Shown: positions 13,046-28,000 of the stretch, piece by piece
How the letters are laid out: every line of letters begins with the position of its first letter
How positions within the stretch are numbered: position 1 is the stretch's first letter
NCBI GenBank assembly: GCA_964035575.1
Contig: OZ037834.1
Coordinates: 372,001 to 436,000, forward strand
Direction: 5' to 3'
Length of the DNA stretch: 64,000 nucleotides
Origin: Rhynchopus sp. YZ270_cl-10
Taxonomy: Eukaryota
The notes under the pieces: model-generated
Databases searched by the model: none
Told to the model about the DNA's origin: nothing
What the model saw: the letters and a program-made list of their open reading frames with translations, nothing else
Translations under genes and position numbers: made by a program

Positions 13046-16000
13046 CCCTGCGTGCACCCTACTGAAGAAGGCTGCCTCATGGACCCTCAGGGCTGCAAAT
13101 GGAGCGACCTACCTACACCGATGTGCACCCCACACCCATGCAGCCACGGCAACGAATCCTCCTGCACAGGAGACTGTGAATGGGTCACCGGAGGGGGCGA
13201 GCGGGGCGGCAACGCGGCCATCAGCTACGACACCGTCTCGCACCTCAAGGTCTTCGAAGGGTTTTCCTGCGACACTGTGGTGACCTCGTGGACACCAGAC
13301 AACCGATGCGGCTGCGACTCTGTCCTTGGTAAGTCCGGCTCAACCGGAGCCATCGTTGACATCGAATCCGGCTATGTCCAGGGCAAAGACACATTAACCT
13401 GCACATCATGCACCGGAAGCATCACAGCAACCTGGGACACCATGCTGGGCCTCTTAACCCTCAAAGGGGAAGCCAGCGTGGACCAATACATGCAGACCCT
13501 GAGCAGCATCGTCTTTGCAACTACGTCGACCGGAGGCGAGCAAAAGCATGTTACCTGGAATCTTGGGCATGGGTTCTACTCTACGGAGACTGGGCATTAC
13601 TATGCGCACTACCCATCTGCTGTGTCGTGGGAGGAGGCGCAGAAGGTGTGTGAGGACGATGCTTCGGACCTCTTCTTCTTGAAGGGATACCTCGCGACGG
13701 TGACCGGCGACGCAGAGTGGCACGCTGTCACCGAAAAGATCCAGGGGAACAGCTACGTCGGCGCGACGAACATCGCCGGATCCGGTCTTGCCAACGAATG
13801 GCGTTGGGTGACCGGGCCCGACGCGCAATCCGGCGGAAGGGCTTGCCAATACGCTGGAGACAACACACATTGCGACTTTACTGTAAATGGAAACATTGCT
13901 GTAGGGGCAGACGTTGCGACCGATGCGCATGGACTGCCATTGGAGTATACCAACTGGAATCTTCCGGCAGAACCTCAGAACACCGCGGGGAAGCACTTTG
14001 CGGTGATGCAATGGCCCTCTGGGAAGTGGTCCGCTCAAGAGGCCACGACGACGGCAGGGTTCGTTTGCGAATGGGGCGGAATCGGAGAAATGTGCGTCAC
14101 CCAGCCTGAGCAGGTCCGCGGCACCCGTCTTCTGGTGTCCGGCGTCTGCCAGGAACAGCGCTGTCTGCACACAGAGGACGCACCGTGCAGTGCAGACCCC
14201 TTCTGCGAATGGGTGGGCGGCAACGTGGACCCTTGTGTGGTAGTGGAGTGCGCAGGGTACCCCAGCGAAGCGGAGTGCCGTGAGGACGAGAACTGTGCGT
14301 GGGACGTCTCGGTGGCCCCGGGGCTCTGCTCTGTCACGAAATGCCACAGAATGGTCGACGAGGAACGCTGTACCGACCCTACCTGCAAATGGGACGGCAC
14401 CGCCTGCGTTGACAAGGTGTGCGGCCCGGTGACCGACAAATGCGACTGCAAGGCTGACCCTGCTTGCTTCTGGAACGACGTTCACAATGCCGGATCGGAG
14501 CAAGCCTGTCTCGAACAACGTTACGCCTCATGCCCTGTCATGGACATTGCCATTCTGTTCCCAGGCACGAAATCGATGTCGAATGTCTTTGGACGCCACC
14601 CCAGCGGCTCGCAAGCTCTTGCAGGCGCCCTCCAGGATTGGTTCTCCACCATGTGGCTTACCGGGGAGAGCTTTGCGTTAGGGAAGCAATCCTCCGCAGT
14701 AAGCGGCGGTATTCGTGTAGGATTAATCCAATTTGGAGGCGCACCAGGCAACGTTCTTGTCGCCCCCCTTGGGGTTGGAGAGAACGGTCGACTCTCAGGG
14801 GACCATAATGAGTTGTCGACTTCAAGCAAATACCATACAAGCCATTTGCTCGCTGCAGTAGAGACATCGGGTGATAAGATCATTGGTGCTGCCTTTGCGA
14901 AGGCGGCTGGTATGTTTAAACAGTCGCCGGACGGAAGAAAGCGGGTTGTGATTGTCATTTCTGATGGAATTCTGTCGGATGTGACGACCGCGACTGCAGA
15001 GAGGCTTGCGCTGGCAACGGCGCAGGTTGAAGTGTTTGCTGCAGTGCTTCGGCGTTTTGCTGCAGTGACCCCTGCGGACCATGACACAGAGCTGTCCCTG
15101 AGGAGTGTTGTGTCTCTGCCTATCACAGAGCATATTGCGAGTGTAGATCTTGAAGCGTTGCCAGCCCTGCTCAATGGGCTGTGTGATGCAGAAACGCCGT
15201 GGGGTGCGCTGCTTGCGGTCCACCAAGAGGAGCAGGCAGGCGTGCATCTGCCGTGCTCGCAGTACAACAGCATCACCGCATGCACCAACGATAAGGGCTG
15301 TGCCTACAGTGGGGTCTTCCTGAAGTGCATCGACTCCCCGTGTGTGCTGCACTGTGGAGAGGTTGAGTGTACTGCAGACCCGCTCTGTACATTCAACCAA
15401 ACGGAGTTGGATTGCTGGAAGCGTGAGTTGTGTCCGTATAATGATGAGACCACGTGTTTGACGGACCATGAATGCGCCTGGAACAACGATACCTGCAGTG
15501 AGCGGTTCTGCAACCACGTCAGCGAGGATGAGTGCCATGCGGATACGACAATCAAATGTGAGTGGGACTCTCTGAAGTTGACCTGCGATGTGAAGAAGTG
15601 CTGGCACCCTGGCGACGAGGCGGGGTGCACTGCGGACAGCGACAACTGCAAATGGGACTCCTGCGCGGGGGCGCTGCTGTCGCCTGAAGCATGCACGCTG
15701 GATGCTTGCGGCGACGCCGACCACACTACAACCAAGGCCACCTGCCAGGCCGACCCCCACTGCGCCTGGAACCCCCTCAGCACCGCACTCTGCGAACGCC
15801 GCCCCTGCACAAACCTCGGCGACGAACGCTGCTGCCACGACAACACCGACTGCTTCTGGGACACCAGCGTGTCTCCTGCACTGTGCAGCCAACGCTACTG
15901 CTCACAATTCCACAAAGACGCGAGCGAATGCACGACCGACCCACAATGCCAAACAGACGCAACAACACAAACCTGCATTGAAAAACGCTGCGAGGATTTG

Positions 16001-19000
16001 GAACGCTGCGACTGCGAAGCTGACGGCGACTGCTTCTGGCGTGGCGACAACGCTGCCGCAGGCATCACCGCCGGCTGCACCTGGAAGACCTACGGAGAAT
16101 GCCCCGCCATGGACGTCATCCTCCTCCTTGGCGGCTCCTCCACCATGCAGCAGAGCTTCGGCCGCCACACCCACGGATACTTCGGAACGATCGAGCTCCT
16201 CAAAGACTGGGTCTCCACCCTCCCCCTCACCCAAACCCCTGCAGGCACTCCAACCACCACCGCCACCGGATTAGTAAGAGTCGCCCTCATTCAATTCTCT
16301 GGTGTCAACAAAATTGGAGGATCCGCAGGATCCGCGACCGCCCTGCTTCCACCAGCGTCATCGGTAGGAACAACCGGGGGCAGGCTTTCTGGAGTGCTGT
16401 CTGAGGTTATGGCGGACCTTGCTTGGCAAGAAGCAGCATTTTACAAAGGGGGTCTCATGGTGAGCAAAGGGCTGACCCTCGCCAACAATATGTTCATCGC
16501 TGCCCCTACTCTGACGAGAAAGAGGGTGCTTGTTGTGGTGGTGGATGGGCCGATATATGATGCTGACTCAATCCTACCACAAAAGGCGAAGTTGGATCTG
16601 TCAAATGCCGAGGTCTTTGGAATCGCGCTACGCAGACAAGCGAAGTCAACTAGCATCGATCAATCTGCAGTCACCTCTCTGGAGCTCCTTGTATCCCGCC
16701 CCGTGGACACCCACATTGCGAACATCGTGATTGACGAATTAGAAGGCTCCGATGCATTAGGAGGACTCTGCAAAATCCACATGCCATTTGGTCAATACAT
16801 TGTTGACGAAAAGGAGGATACTGATGTGTCTCTAGGGGGCGCGCATATGCCATGTGACCAGCACCCCTCAAAGGTTGACTGTAAAAAGGACCCCGGATGT
16901 GTGTGGTATGACACCTCGCTGTCTTGCCAGGATACTCTCTGTTTGCAGCATAGCTGCGCGGAGAAGGCCTGCGAGGCGGATGTGGAGAACAACTGCGCCT
17001 GGGATGCCACGACAGAACGGTGCTGGAAGATCCCGCAGGTCTGCGACAAACTTACTGTCACCGACTGCGTTGCAGACCTCCACTGCGAGCTCGACCATGA
17101 CAACGTTACCTGCATTGATCTGAAGTGCGACCACAACACAGAAATGGGTTGTCTCGCGGACACCGACCCTTGCATTTGGGACAACATTGCAGGAACCTGC
17201 ACCCCACAGCCCTGCATCGCCCCTTCCGAGGCTTCGTGCACTGCGAGCGGCGACGACTGTGTATGGAACACCATCACCCCTATCAACGGAACGACCACTG
17301 CTTATGCGAAGAACGTACCGATGGAGCCTTTCAGCGATGCAGCGGCACATGGCTACCCAGAGGACTGTGAGGCGGCGATGTTCGGTGCAGGATGTGGATG
17401 TGACACGACACTTCTCGGCGCAACAGTTGCGATAACAGAAGGCTACGTGGCCGCCACAGATGTGCTTGAATGCGAGACATGCGCTGCAGAAGGAGTCGAC
17501 ACCGAATGGGTCTCCACCACCGGGGTGCTCCACCTCCGTGCCTCGAAGACTGCCAGCGAATTCCTCCAGATCCTCAGAAAGGTGACCTTCATGACCTCCT
17601 CCGACAACGGCGCAACCAGACGCCTTGCCTGGAATTTGGGGCACGCATTCTTCAGCGAGACCACCGAGCGGTACTACGCGTACCACGCGAGGTCCGTTTG
17701 TGGAGAGTCCGACTGCACCTGGCCGCAGGCGCAGGTGAAGTGCGCGGCAGACAGCAACATGCTGCTGGGCATGCGAGGCTACCTCGCTACCGTCCGCTCC
17801 TTAGAGGAAAACCGGGTGGTGACCTCGAAGATCTCTGGGGCAAGCTGGCTGGGTGGGATGGACATGGCAGATACTGCTGGGGGTGCCGCGTCGTGGCGCT
17901 GGGTGACCGGAAAGGAAAGCACCCTTGGGGCAAACGGATGCGATCACTACAACGCAAAAACCGCCATGTGCACCTTTACCGTTGAAGGCGACAAAATCGC
18001 GGGCACCGATGCGCACGACAGAGGCCTCTCCTTTGGCAGCGGGTCTGGTATTGACTTTGCCCCTGCCACCTTCGCCTCCACGCTGATGTACAACAATTGG
18101 TACCCATTCCAGCCCAGCGACGCTGTGGGGAAGCACTTTGCGGGGATCTCGCTCTCAGGAACGTGGAAGGACTACTCGATTGCCGACTCCTCTGTGGCTG
18201 GGTTTGTATGTGAATATGACGCAGCAGATTCGTGCGGGGTACACAACGTGCATGGCTGGAAGTACGTCACCGCTGGGTCCTGCATGGTCAAGCACTGCCT
18301 CGAGACGGAGCAGGATCATTGCAACGCGAACCCCTACTGTGAATGGAATGCGACCCTGCCTGTGGAAGAGGCCTGCGTGCTGAAGGAGTGCGCGATCTAC
18401 CCGGATGAGCTGACGTGCTCTAAGCAGGAGGGATGTTTATGGAATGCAGAGATCTCCCCTGCGATGTGTATTGTGGATGAGTGCTCGCCGTTGGATTTAC
18501 CGGAATGCGTGACAGACAGCAACTGCATGTGGGAGCAGCGGAACAACGCAGACAAATGCGTGCCAAAGGAATGCGATGTGTTCCCGAAGTGCGAATGCAA
18601 GAAGGACCCCGACTGCTTCTGGAAGGACGACACCGCAGGGTGTGTTGAGTCACGGTACGGAGAATGCCCGACCCTCGACATTGTCATTGTCGTTGACGGA
18701 TCGGGATCGATGTCCCTCACCTTCGGCCGCCACAGCAATGGATACTACGCACTTCTTGTAATGCTGCGCGACTGGGTCAAGACCATTCCACACAGCGGCG
18801 AGGCTGCGACCGTCGGACTGAACTCACAGCTCACCGAGAAATCTCGCGTCGCTTTCATTCAATTCAGCGGCAGGAAGGAACACCACGACCCTATTACCGG
18901 ACAGTACTACGGCAATGTTGTGCATTCAGTCCAAGTGACCCCTCCTACCGTCGGAAGTGAGGGCAGACTCACCGGTGTGCAGCGTGAGATTGATGAGGAC

Positions 19001-22000
19001 ATCACGTGGCATGAGGACAACTTCCTCATGGGAGGTACGTACATCGCGCAGGCATTGTCGAAGGCGGCAGATATCTTTGCGGGGCAGTCGCCGCATGACG
19101 GGAGGTACAAGCTGTGTTTGGTGTTCACGGACGGTGTGATCAAGGACCTGGCTGACACGGCGGACGCCATCAACAGGATGGACCGTGAGAAGGTGCAAAG
19201 GTTTGGCATCGTGCTCCGCAGGGCTCCCCAGATCTCTGCTGTCGACATGGCATCGGAGGTCGCCCTCAAGCAGATCGCCACCTCCCCCGCAAGCGACCAC
19301 GTGCACAACCTGCAGATTGACGAAGTCTCGGACATCCTCTTCGGCCTCTGCGACCCGCACAGCAAATGGGGCAAGATCATTGCCCTGCAGCACCTCCCCG
19401 ACACCCACGTTCCGTGCAGGCATATGACGGAGAAGATCTCATGTGACGAAGACCAAGGCTGTCAGTGGAGTGAAGTGCTCTCAAGCTGTGGTGACTCGGT
19501 CTGCCTGCAGCACTGCGATGAGCTGACCTGCAGCAATGATACTCAGAACAAATGCTTCTGGAATGCGGACGATGAGTGCTGGAAGGATGTGCGTGTGGTG
19601 GTGGAGTGTGACCACAGTGATGAGGACAACTGTGTGGCGGACCCTGCCATCTGTGAGTGGCATACGGTGAACCAGACCTGTGTCTCGCCGCCCTGCAAGC
19701 ACACTGACCAGCACAACTGCACGCTGGATGCGACATGCCTGTGGGATGCGTCGTGCTCTGGTGATGAAGTCTGTGTTGTGAACCGCTGCAGTGCCGACAC
19801 AGAGGACGTTTGCAAGGAGGATCCGGTGTGCGGCTGGACGGCAGGTGCGTGTGGCCATTTGAAGTGCACAGAGTTCACGAACGAGCTGTGCTGTGTGGAC
19901 AATGCGGACTGCCATTGGGATGTGTCGCAGTCGCCAGGGATGTGCCGCGAGACGTACTGCAGTACATTTGACTTCTCGAGTTGTGATTCGGAGAGCAAGT
20001 GTGCCTGGACAGGTGCAACCCTACCTGGCCAAGTCTCCCCCATCTGCGAGCCCAAGCGCTGTGCCGCCCTGCAGCAGTGTCCCTGCCGTGCCGACCCCGA
20101 CTGCTTCTGGAGCTTCGCCTCGGGTGGCCCGCACTGCACAGAGCAGCGCTACGGACAGTGCCCGACAATGGACGTTGCTGTGCTCTTCGCGGGAGGGGAG
20201 GCAATGGCGCGTCAGTTCCACCGCCACCCGAACGGCTTCTTCGCCCTCACAACTATCCTGAACGACTGGATTGCAACTCTTCCTCTCTCGAAGGAAGGTG
20301 CTGCACGTGTGCCCACACCAAGGACGGACAAGGCGCGTGTGGCATTGGTGCAGTTTGCAGGCACATCGACAATTGCGTCGTCGGACAGAACCCAGTACTA
20401 CAGTGTGGTGCCTGGGGTGGGATCGGGAGGCCGCCTCACAGGGTTGATGTCTGAGGTTGACGCAGATGTGCAGAACCACGAGGCAAACTTCATGGGTGCA
20501 ACTCAGCTGGACCCGAAGGCGCGTTTCCTGCTTGCGGGACTGAACAAGGTTGTGGATGTGTTCCGCTCTGCACCTGTGGAGAGCAAGAAGGTGCTCATCA
20601 TCATCACAGACGGACGTCTGGACGACAAGGATGCGTACCAGACAGCACGTGCCGATCTGGACCAACTCAGAGCAGTTGTGTTCGGTGCTGTGATCAGACC
20701 GTACGACGCAAGTGGTGCTGTGGACCAGGAGGCAACAGCTGACCTGGAGAAGATCACCCCTGCTGACCACATTGTGAACGTGCAGATCGACTCGCTCCGT
20801 GAGGTGCTGGACCACATCTGCGACCCGACTGATGTGTGGGGTGCGTTTGTGGCGAAGGAATCTATTGACGAGCCGTGCACGCTGACGAAGAACAAGGATA
20901 TGTGCAACAAGAACAGAGACTGTGTGTGGTTTGACTCGTCGCTGTCCTGCGGCGACTCCCCTTGCCTCGCTAACTGTGACGCTACCGAGTGTGACAGTGA
21001 TGTGGAGAACATGTGCGTCTTCAACGCCACAATCCAGTCCTGCGGGAAGACCGAGGTCTGCAAGTACCCCACAGCAGACCCGCAGTGCGAGCAGGACCCT
21101 CTGTGCGAGGTTGCGGAGGACCTGACGTGCATCTCGAAGCGCTGTCTGCACGACAACGAGCAGAGCTGTGTGTTCGACCCTGCTGTGTGTGAGTGGGACA
21201 ACCTGGCGGAGACGTGCTCGCTGAAGCGGTGCCAATACGACAATGTCGACGACTGCGAGCTTGCGACGAAGGGCGGTGCCGAGAACTGCACTTGGAACAC
21301 CACTGTTGCCAAATGCGTTCTGAGCCACTGCCTCCACACCGACTCGGAGTCATGCATTACTGACCCTTACTGCGAGTGGTCCACCACCACAGACAGCTGT
21401 GTGCAGCTTCCTTGCACAGACATCCAGGGCGAGGCTGAGTGCGATGCTGACGCTGACTGCAAATGGGACACCTCCATTGCACCTGGCATCTGCTACGAAG
21501 AGTACTGCAGACGCTACAAGCAGGACCCTAGCGCATGCAACAGCGACAGTGCGTGCATGTTCTCGGACGCTGCTGACAAATGCATTGACAAGAACTGCAC
21601 CACCTTCGACGTCTGCGACTGCCACACGGACGCCGACTGCTTCTGGACAGACGACGGCAAATGCGAAGCAGCTGAGTTCGGCGACTGCCCCTCCATGGAC
21701 GTCGTCATCGCCTTCACCGGCGCGAAGAGCATGGGCGCTGCCTTTGGCCGCCACCCCAACGGCTTCACCGGGCTGATGCAGGTCCTGGTCACCTTTGTCT
21801 CGAAGTTCCCTCTGAACAGCGCCATCGCTGGCGGTGCATTCTCTGGGTCGGGGTCGAGGGTGGGGATTGTGCAGTTCAGCGGGAGGGAGCAGTTTAAGCT
21901 GCAGAACGGTTTTGTTGATGGAGGACGCCGTACACCGTCTGGTGTCGGAAGCGGCGGTCGTGTCAGTGGCGACAGTGGTGAGCTTATTGAGGATCTGCTG

Positions 22001-25000
22001 TGGCATGAGCGCAATTTCATGAGAGGCGACACATACCTGGCAGCTGCGCTGAGCATGGCGGTGGATATGTTCAAACCGTCGCCTGCGGACCGCAAGAAGG
22101 TGCTGCTACTGCTTTCTGCAGACAGCATTGGCGACAGCGACAACCTCGTCGAGCCACGCACCGCACTGCTCTCCATGCACGTCGAGACCTTCACCATCGT
22201 TCTCCGCCGTTTCGCCTCCGCCACCCCTACCGACCAGGCTGCGGAAACTTCCCTCAAATCTTTGGGAACAATCAACACCGCAGAACACTTCACAAACAAC
22301 GTTCTTGACGAGCTGAACGGTGTGTTCAGTGGTCTATGCGACCCCACCACACGCTTTGGTAAGATCATCATGGCGAACAACAAGCCCATCGCAGGGGTGC
22401 ACAAACCATGCAAAAACTACGACACCAAGGTGGCCTGCGGGAACGACCCAGGCTGTGTGTACAGCGACATGATCAGTGTCTGTGTGGACACCCCTTGCAT
22501 GCATCACTGCGATGCAACCGAGTGTGCGGACGACACCGAGAACAAATGTGTGTTCGATGTGGACAAGAAGTCCTGTTTCAAGGAGTTTGTCTGTGCGCAT
22601 GACACACAGGATGTTTGCGAGAGTGATGACGACTGCAAATACGAAGCGGGCGACTGCGTGGTGAAGCTGTGCAGGAGCTCGGATGAGAACAACTGTCTCG
22701 CAGACCCCTCGGGCTGTGAGTGGCTTGCGGACGCACAGGAGTGCATTGAGGAGCGCTGTGTGCACACTGACGAGGCTGCCTGCAGTGCAGATGCCACCTG
22801 CGAATGGGACAGTGCGTGTGGTGCAGGAACCTGTGTTGTGGAGTCATGTGTGGCCGACACAGAGGACCTCTGCAAGAAGGACCCTATATGCGGCTGGACG
22901 GCAGGTGTGTGTACCCGCCATAAGTGCACAGAGTTTGCAGATGAGCTGTGCTGTGCGAACAACTACGGCTGTACCTGGGATGTGTCGCAGTCGCCAGGGA
23001 TGTGCCGCGAGACACACTGCAGCACCTTTAACAACACAAACTGTGATTCGGAGAGCAAGTGTGCCTGGACCGGTGTCATCCCGCACGGCCAAAGGACCCC
23101 CATCTGCGAGCCCAAGCGCTGTGCCGCCCTGCAGCAGTGTCCCTGCCGTGCCGACCCCGACTGCTTCTGGAGCTTCGCCTCGGGTGGCCCGCACTGCACA
23201 GAGCAACGCTACGGACAGTGCCCGACAATGGACGTTGCTGTGCTCTTTGCGGGAGGGGAGGCAATGGCACGTCAGTTCCACCGCCACCCGAACGGCTTCT
23301 TCGCCCTCACAACTATCCTGAACGACTGGATTGCAACTCTTCCTCTCTCGAAGGAAGGTGCTTCACGTGTGCCCACACCAAGGACGGACAAGGCGCGTGT
23401 GGCATTGGTGCAGTTTGCAGGCACATCGACAATTGCGTCGTCGGACAGAACCCAGTACTACAGCGTGGTGCCTGGGGTGGGCTCGGGAGGCCGCCTCACA
23501 GGGTTGATGTCTGAGGTTGACGCAGATGTGCAGAACCACGAGGCGAACTTCATGGGTGCAACTCAGCTGGACCCGAAGGCGCGTTTCTTGCTTGCGGGAC
23601 TGAACAAGGTTGTGGACGTGTTCCGCTCTGCACCTGTGGAGAGCAAGAAGGTGCTCATCATCATCACAGACGGACGTCTTGACGACAAGGATGCGTACCA
23701 GACAGCACGTGCCGATCTGGACCAACTCAGAGCAGTTGTGTTTGGTGCTGTGATCAGACCGTACGACGCAAGCGGTGCTGTGGACCAGGATGCGACAGCT
23801 GACCTGGAGAGGATCACCCCTGCTGACCACATTGTGAACGTGCAGATCGACTCGCTCCGTGAGGTGCTGGACCACATCTGCGACCCGACTGATGTGTGGG
23901 GTGCGTTCGTGGCGAAGGAATCTATTGACGAGCCGTGCACGCTGACGAAGAACAAGGATATGTGCAACAAGAACAGAGACTGTGTGTGGTTTGACTCGAC
24001 GCTGTCCTGCGGCGACTCCCCTTGCCTCACACATTGCTACTCTGCTGAGTGCGAGGCTGACACAGAGAACAACTGTGCCTTCAACGCCACAATCCAGTCC
24101 TGCGGGAAGACCGAGGTCTGCAAGTACCCCACAGCAGACCCGCAGTGCGAGCAGGACCCTCTGTGCGAGGTTGCGGAGGACCTGACGTGCATCTCGAAGC
24201 GCTGTCTGCACGACAACGAGCAGAGCTGTGTGTTCGACCCTGCTGTGTGTGAGTGGGACAACCTGGCGGAGACGTGCTCGCTGAAGCGGTGCCAATACGA
24301 CAATGTCGACGACTGCGAGCTTGCGACGAAGGGCGGCGCCGAGAACTGCACTTGGAACACCACTGTTGCCAAATGCGTTCTGAGCCACTGCCTCCACACC
24401 GACTCGGAGTCATGCATTACGGACCCTTACTGCGAGTGGTCCACCACCACAGACAGCTGCGTGCAGCTTCCTTGCACGGAGATTGAGGGAGAACTCGCCT
24501 GCGACAAGAACCCCAGCTGCAAATGGGACACCTCCATTGCACCTGGCATCTGCTACGAAGAGTACTGCAGGAAGACGTACTGCCCCGGCGGCAACTGCGC
24601 GGAGCTGAGCTGTGCCGACGACTCGCTGTGCGCCTACAACACGACGGCAGGCAGCTGCCAGAAGAAGCACTGCGAGGACCTCACCGCCTGCGCCTGCAGG
24701 GACGACAAGGACTGCTTCTGGGTCACCACAGACACCTCCGCAAGCTGTGCGAACAGAAAGTACGGCGCCTGCCCGACCCTCGACATCGTGCTCCTCATCG
24801 ACGGATCCCTCTCGATGTCGCAGCACTTCGGCAGACACTCCCACGGGTTCTACGCACTCACCTCCTACCTGCTTGACTGGATGGCCGACATGCCTCTCAG
24901 CGGCGAAACTGCCACCATCGGCAAGCTCGCTGCAAAGGCCACCCGCAAGACCCGCATCGCCTTGGTACAGTTCAGTGGCTCCAAGCAAGCAGCTCACACC

Positions 25001-28000
25001 GCAACCATGACCCCTGCTGGTGTAGGAACATCTGGCCGACTGACCGGAGACATGAACGAGCTCAAAGCGGACATGGACTGGCACCAGGAGCACTACATGG
25101 GTGAAGGCACCTTTGCAAGCGAAGCACTGCAGATGGCGGTCGGCATCCTTCAGAGCTCGCCTATGGACGGCAGGAAGCGGGCTGTCATTCTGCTGACGGA
25201 TGGCCGCATTGAGGACACTGCAAGCCTTGATGCGTCACGCGCTGCGTTGGTGAGCATGCAGGCACATCTGTTTGGCGTTGTCCTTCGCAGAACATCGTCA
25301 CGCACAGCATTGGACATCGACGCAGAACAGGCCCTCCGCAAGGTCGTGTCTACACCAACCGACAGCCACTTCGCAAACGTCGACATGGACGAGATGGTCT
25401 CCTCCAAGGGACCCCTCAACAAGATCTGCGACCCTGCCAGCACCTGGGGGGCCGAGCTTGCCTTGACCAGCTCCGGGACGGAGAAGCCCTGCGGACAGTA
25501 CCCCACCAAGGAGCACTGTGTGCAGGACGCAGGGTGTTCCTGGAGCAACCACATCTGCGTGGATTCACCTTGCTCACAGCACTGTGGCGAAACCGAATGC
25601 CTTGCGGACCTTGACAACGCATGCGTTCAGTGGAATGACGCAACAAGCACCTGCTATGGTGTCGTTCTGTGCAGTGGAGACAACGAAGCATCGTGCACAG
25701 CCAACCTCGACCAGGAATGCGTCTGGTCTGCCACGGCAGACCCACCATGCAAACAGCGCATCTGCAAACACGACGACGAAGACTCCTGCCACGCCGACCC
25801 TGAACACATCTGCGAATTCCAACCCCAAAGCGACACATGCATCCTCAAACCCTGCGTCATGCACACAACCTCCACAAACTGCACTTCCACCACAAACTGC
25901 ACATGGTCCACTTCATCAACATGCGAACTCCAGAAGTGCCTCCACACAGACGAGGCCCCATGCAAGCAGGACGTCTACTGCGGATGGACCCCCGAAAGCG
26001 AGACCTGCACTGTCCTCCCCTGCGTCGAACACATGCAGGAGGCCGAATGCTTCAAGGACCTCTCCTGCAAATGGGACGTCGCCTCACTACCAGGAAGCTG
26101 CCAGCAACGCTACTGTGCAAAGTTTTCGGAAGGTCTCTGCCTTCCAGAACCTGGCTGCATTTACGACACGGAGACAAAGCTGTGCGTGGAAAAGACGTGC
26201 AACAAGCTGAAGAGCGCATGCGACTGCCAACTCGACACCGAATGCCATTGGGACGGCAGCAGCTGCGAGGAGCAACGCTACGGACAGTGCCCCTCGATGG
26301 ATATTATCTTCATTGTCGACGGGTCGGAGTCGATGGACGCCACCTTCGGCCGCCATCCTCACGGCTTCTCCGCCGTCATCGAGCTTCTCCGTTCTTGGGT
26401 ATCCGAAATACCCCTCAGCGGCGAGCTCTCCAGCATCGGACCCAAAACAACCCAGAACAACAAACTGAGAGTCGGCATCGTACAATTCAGTGGTAGAACC
26501 GCGGACCTCTCCGCTTCTGGCCATGTCGCTGGGTCTGCACTCCGCGCTGCACCCACCGTCGGCACCGGAGGACGCATCTCTGGAGCGCCCAAGCAACTCA
26601 CCGACGATCTGGACTGGCATGAAAACAACTATATGGGTGGGCAAACCTACCTGGAGGAAGCCCTGTACACCGCCGTCGGGATGTTCAGCGACTCCCCACT
26701 GAGCCATACTAGGGTGCTCATTATTATGGGAGATGGTGCCATTTTGGATAAGGATCTGCTGAATGTACCGAGATCGCAGTTAGACCAGGCTGGGGTGTTG
26801 GTCTTTGGTGTGGTCCTCCGTCGTTTTGACACTCATACCGATGTTGATGAGAACGCAGAGAGAACACTGAAACCCATTGTCTCCGAACCGCAGGACGACT
26901 TCTTCGCAAACCTTCGTATCGATAGTGTCTACGATCAGCTTCTTAGTACACTTTGCCATCCAAACGGTCTGTGGGGGAAACAAATTGCTCAGCGCAGTGC
27001 AGCACAGCCAGCTGGACAGCACATACCATGTGAACGGCATGACACCAAATTGTACTGCAACCTCGACAAAGGATGTCAGTGGTACGATACGCATTTGACC
27101 TGCGGAAATACACCGTGTTTCTCGCACTGTGCGCAGGCGGCGTGCGAAGGTGATGCGACGAATGCATGCCTTTGGGATGCATCTGCAGAGCTTTGCTTCA
27201 AAAAGGTCGACTGTGGACACCCTGGAGAACCCGAATGTCTTTCAGACCCATCCTGCGTATGGGACTCCACGACTTACAATGACGCCTTCTGCCGACCCAC
27301 ACCATGCCAGCACAACACACGAGACGGATGTCTCAGCGACCCTGACCACTGCATCTTCAACTCCCTCCTCGAAACCTGCACCATTGATGAATGCGATGCT
27401 GAAGAAGCGACCTGCAAGACACAGGGCAAATGCATTTGGGACCCCGAAAGCTTGCTGTGCAAGCGCAAGGTGTGCCCCTCATGCTTTGACGAAGAATGCT
27501 GCGAAGAACACTCCAGGCAATGTGAATGGGAGGCTGCATCTAAGGAATGTCTTGCAAAGCCGTGTACGGACCATGCAACCGAGGATGCGTGCGCAGGAGA
27601 ATTGAACTGTGAGTGGGACGCTGCAACCTCTCCAGGTCTGTGCGTGCAGGAGTACTGCACGCAGTTCAACCAAACCGAATGTCGTGAAGAATCCGAATGT
27701 GGCTGGTCCTTCGGATGTGTGCAAAAACGTTGCTATCACCATGACCTGGCCGCTGCAGGATCCGAGCGATGCGACTGTCTTGCGGACCCAAAATGCTTCT
27801 TTTATGAAGGGTTCTGCGTTGAAATGAATTTCGGTGCTTGCCCGACACTTGACATTGTTGTCATCTTCTCCGGAGCGAAGACGATGAACCGTCAATTCGG
27901 CAACCACCCACACGGATTCTACGCCGTTACCGAGATGCTCAAAGACTGGGTCCTCCTTCTCCCCCTCTCCGGGAAGAACGCTGCACAAAAACCGGTTTCC

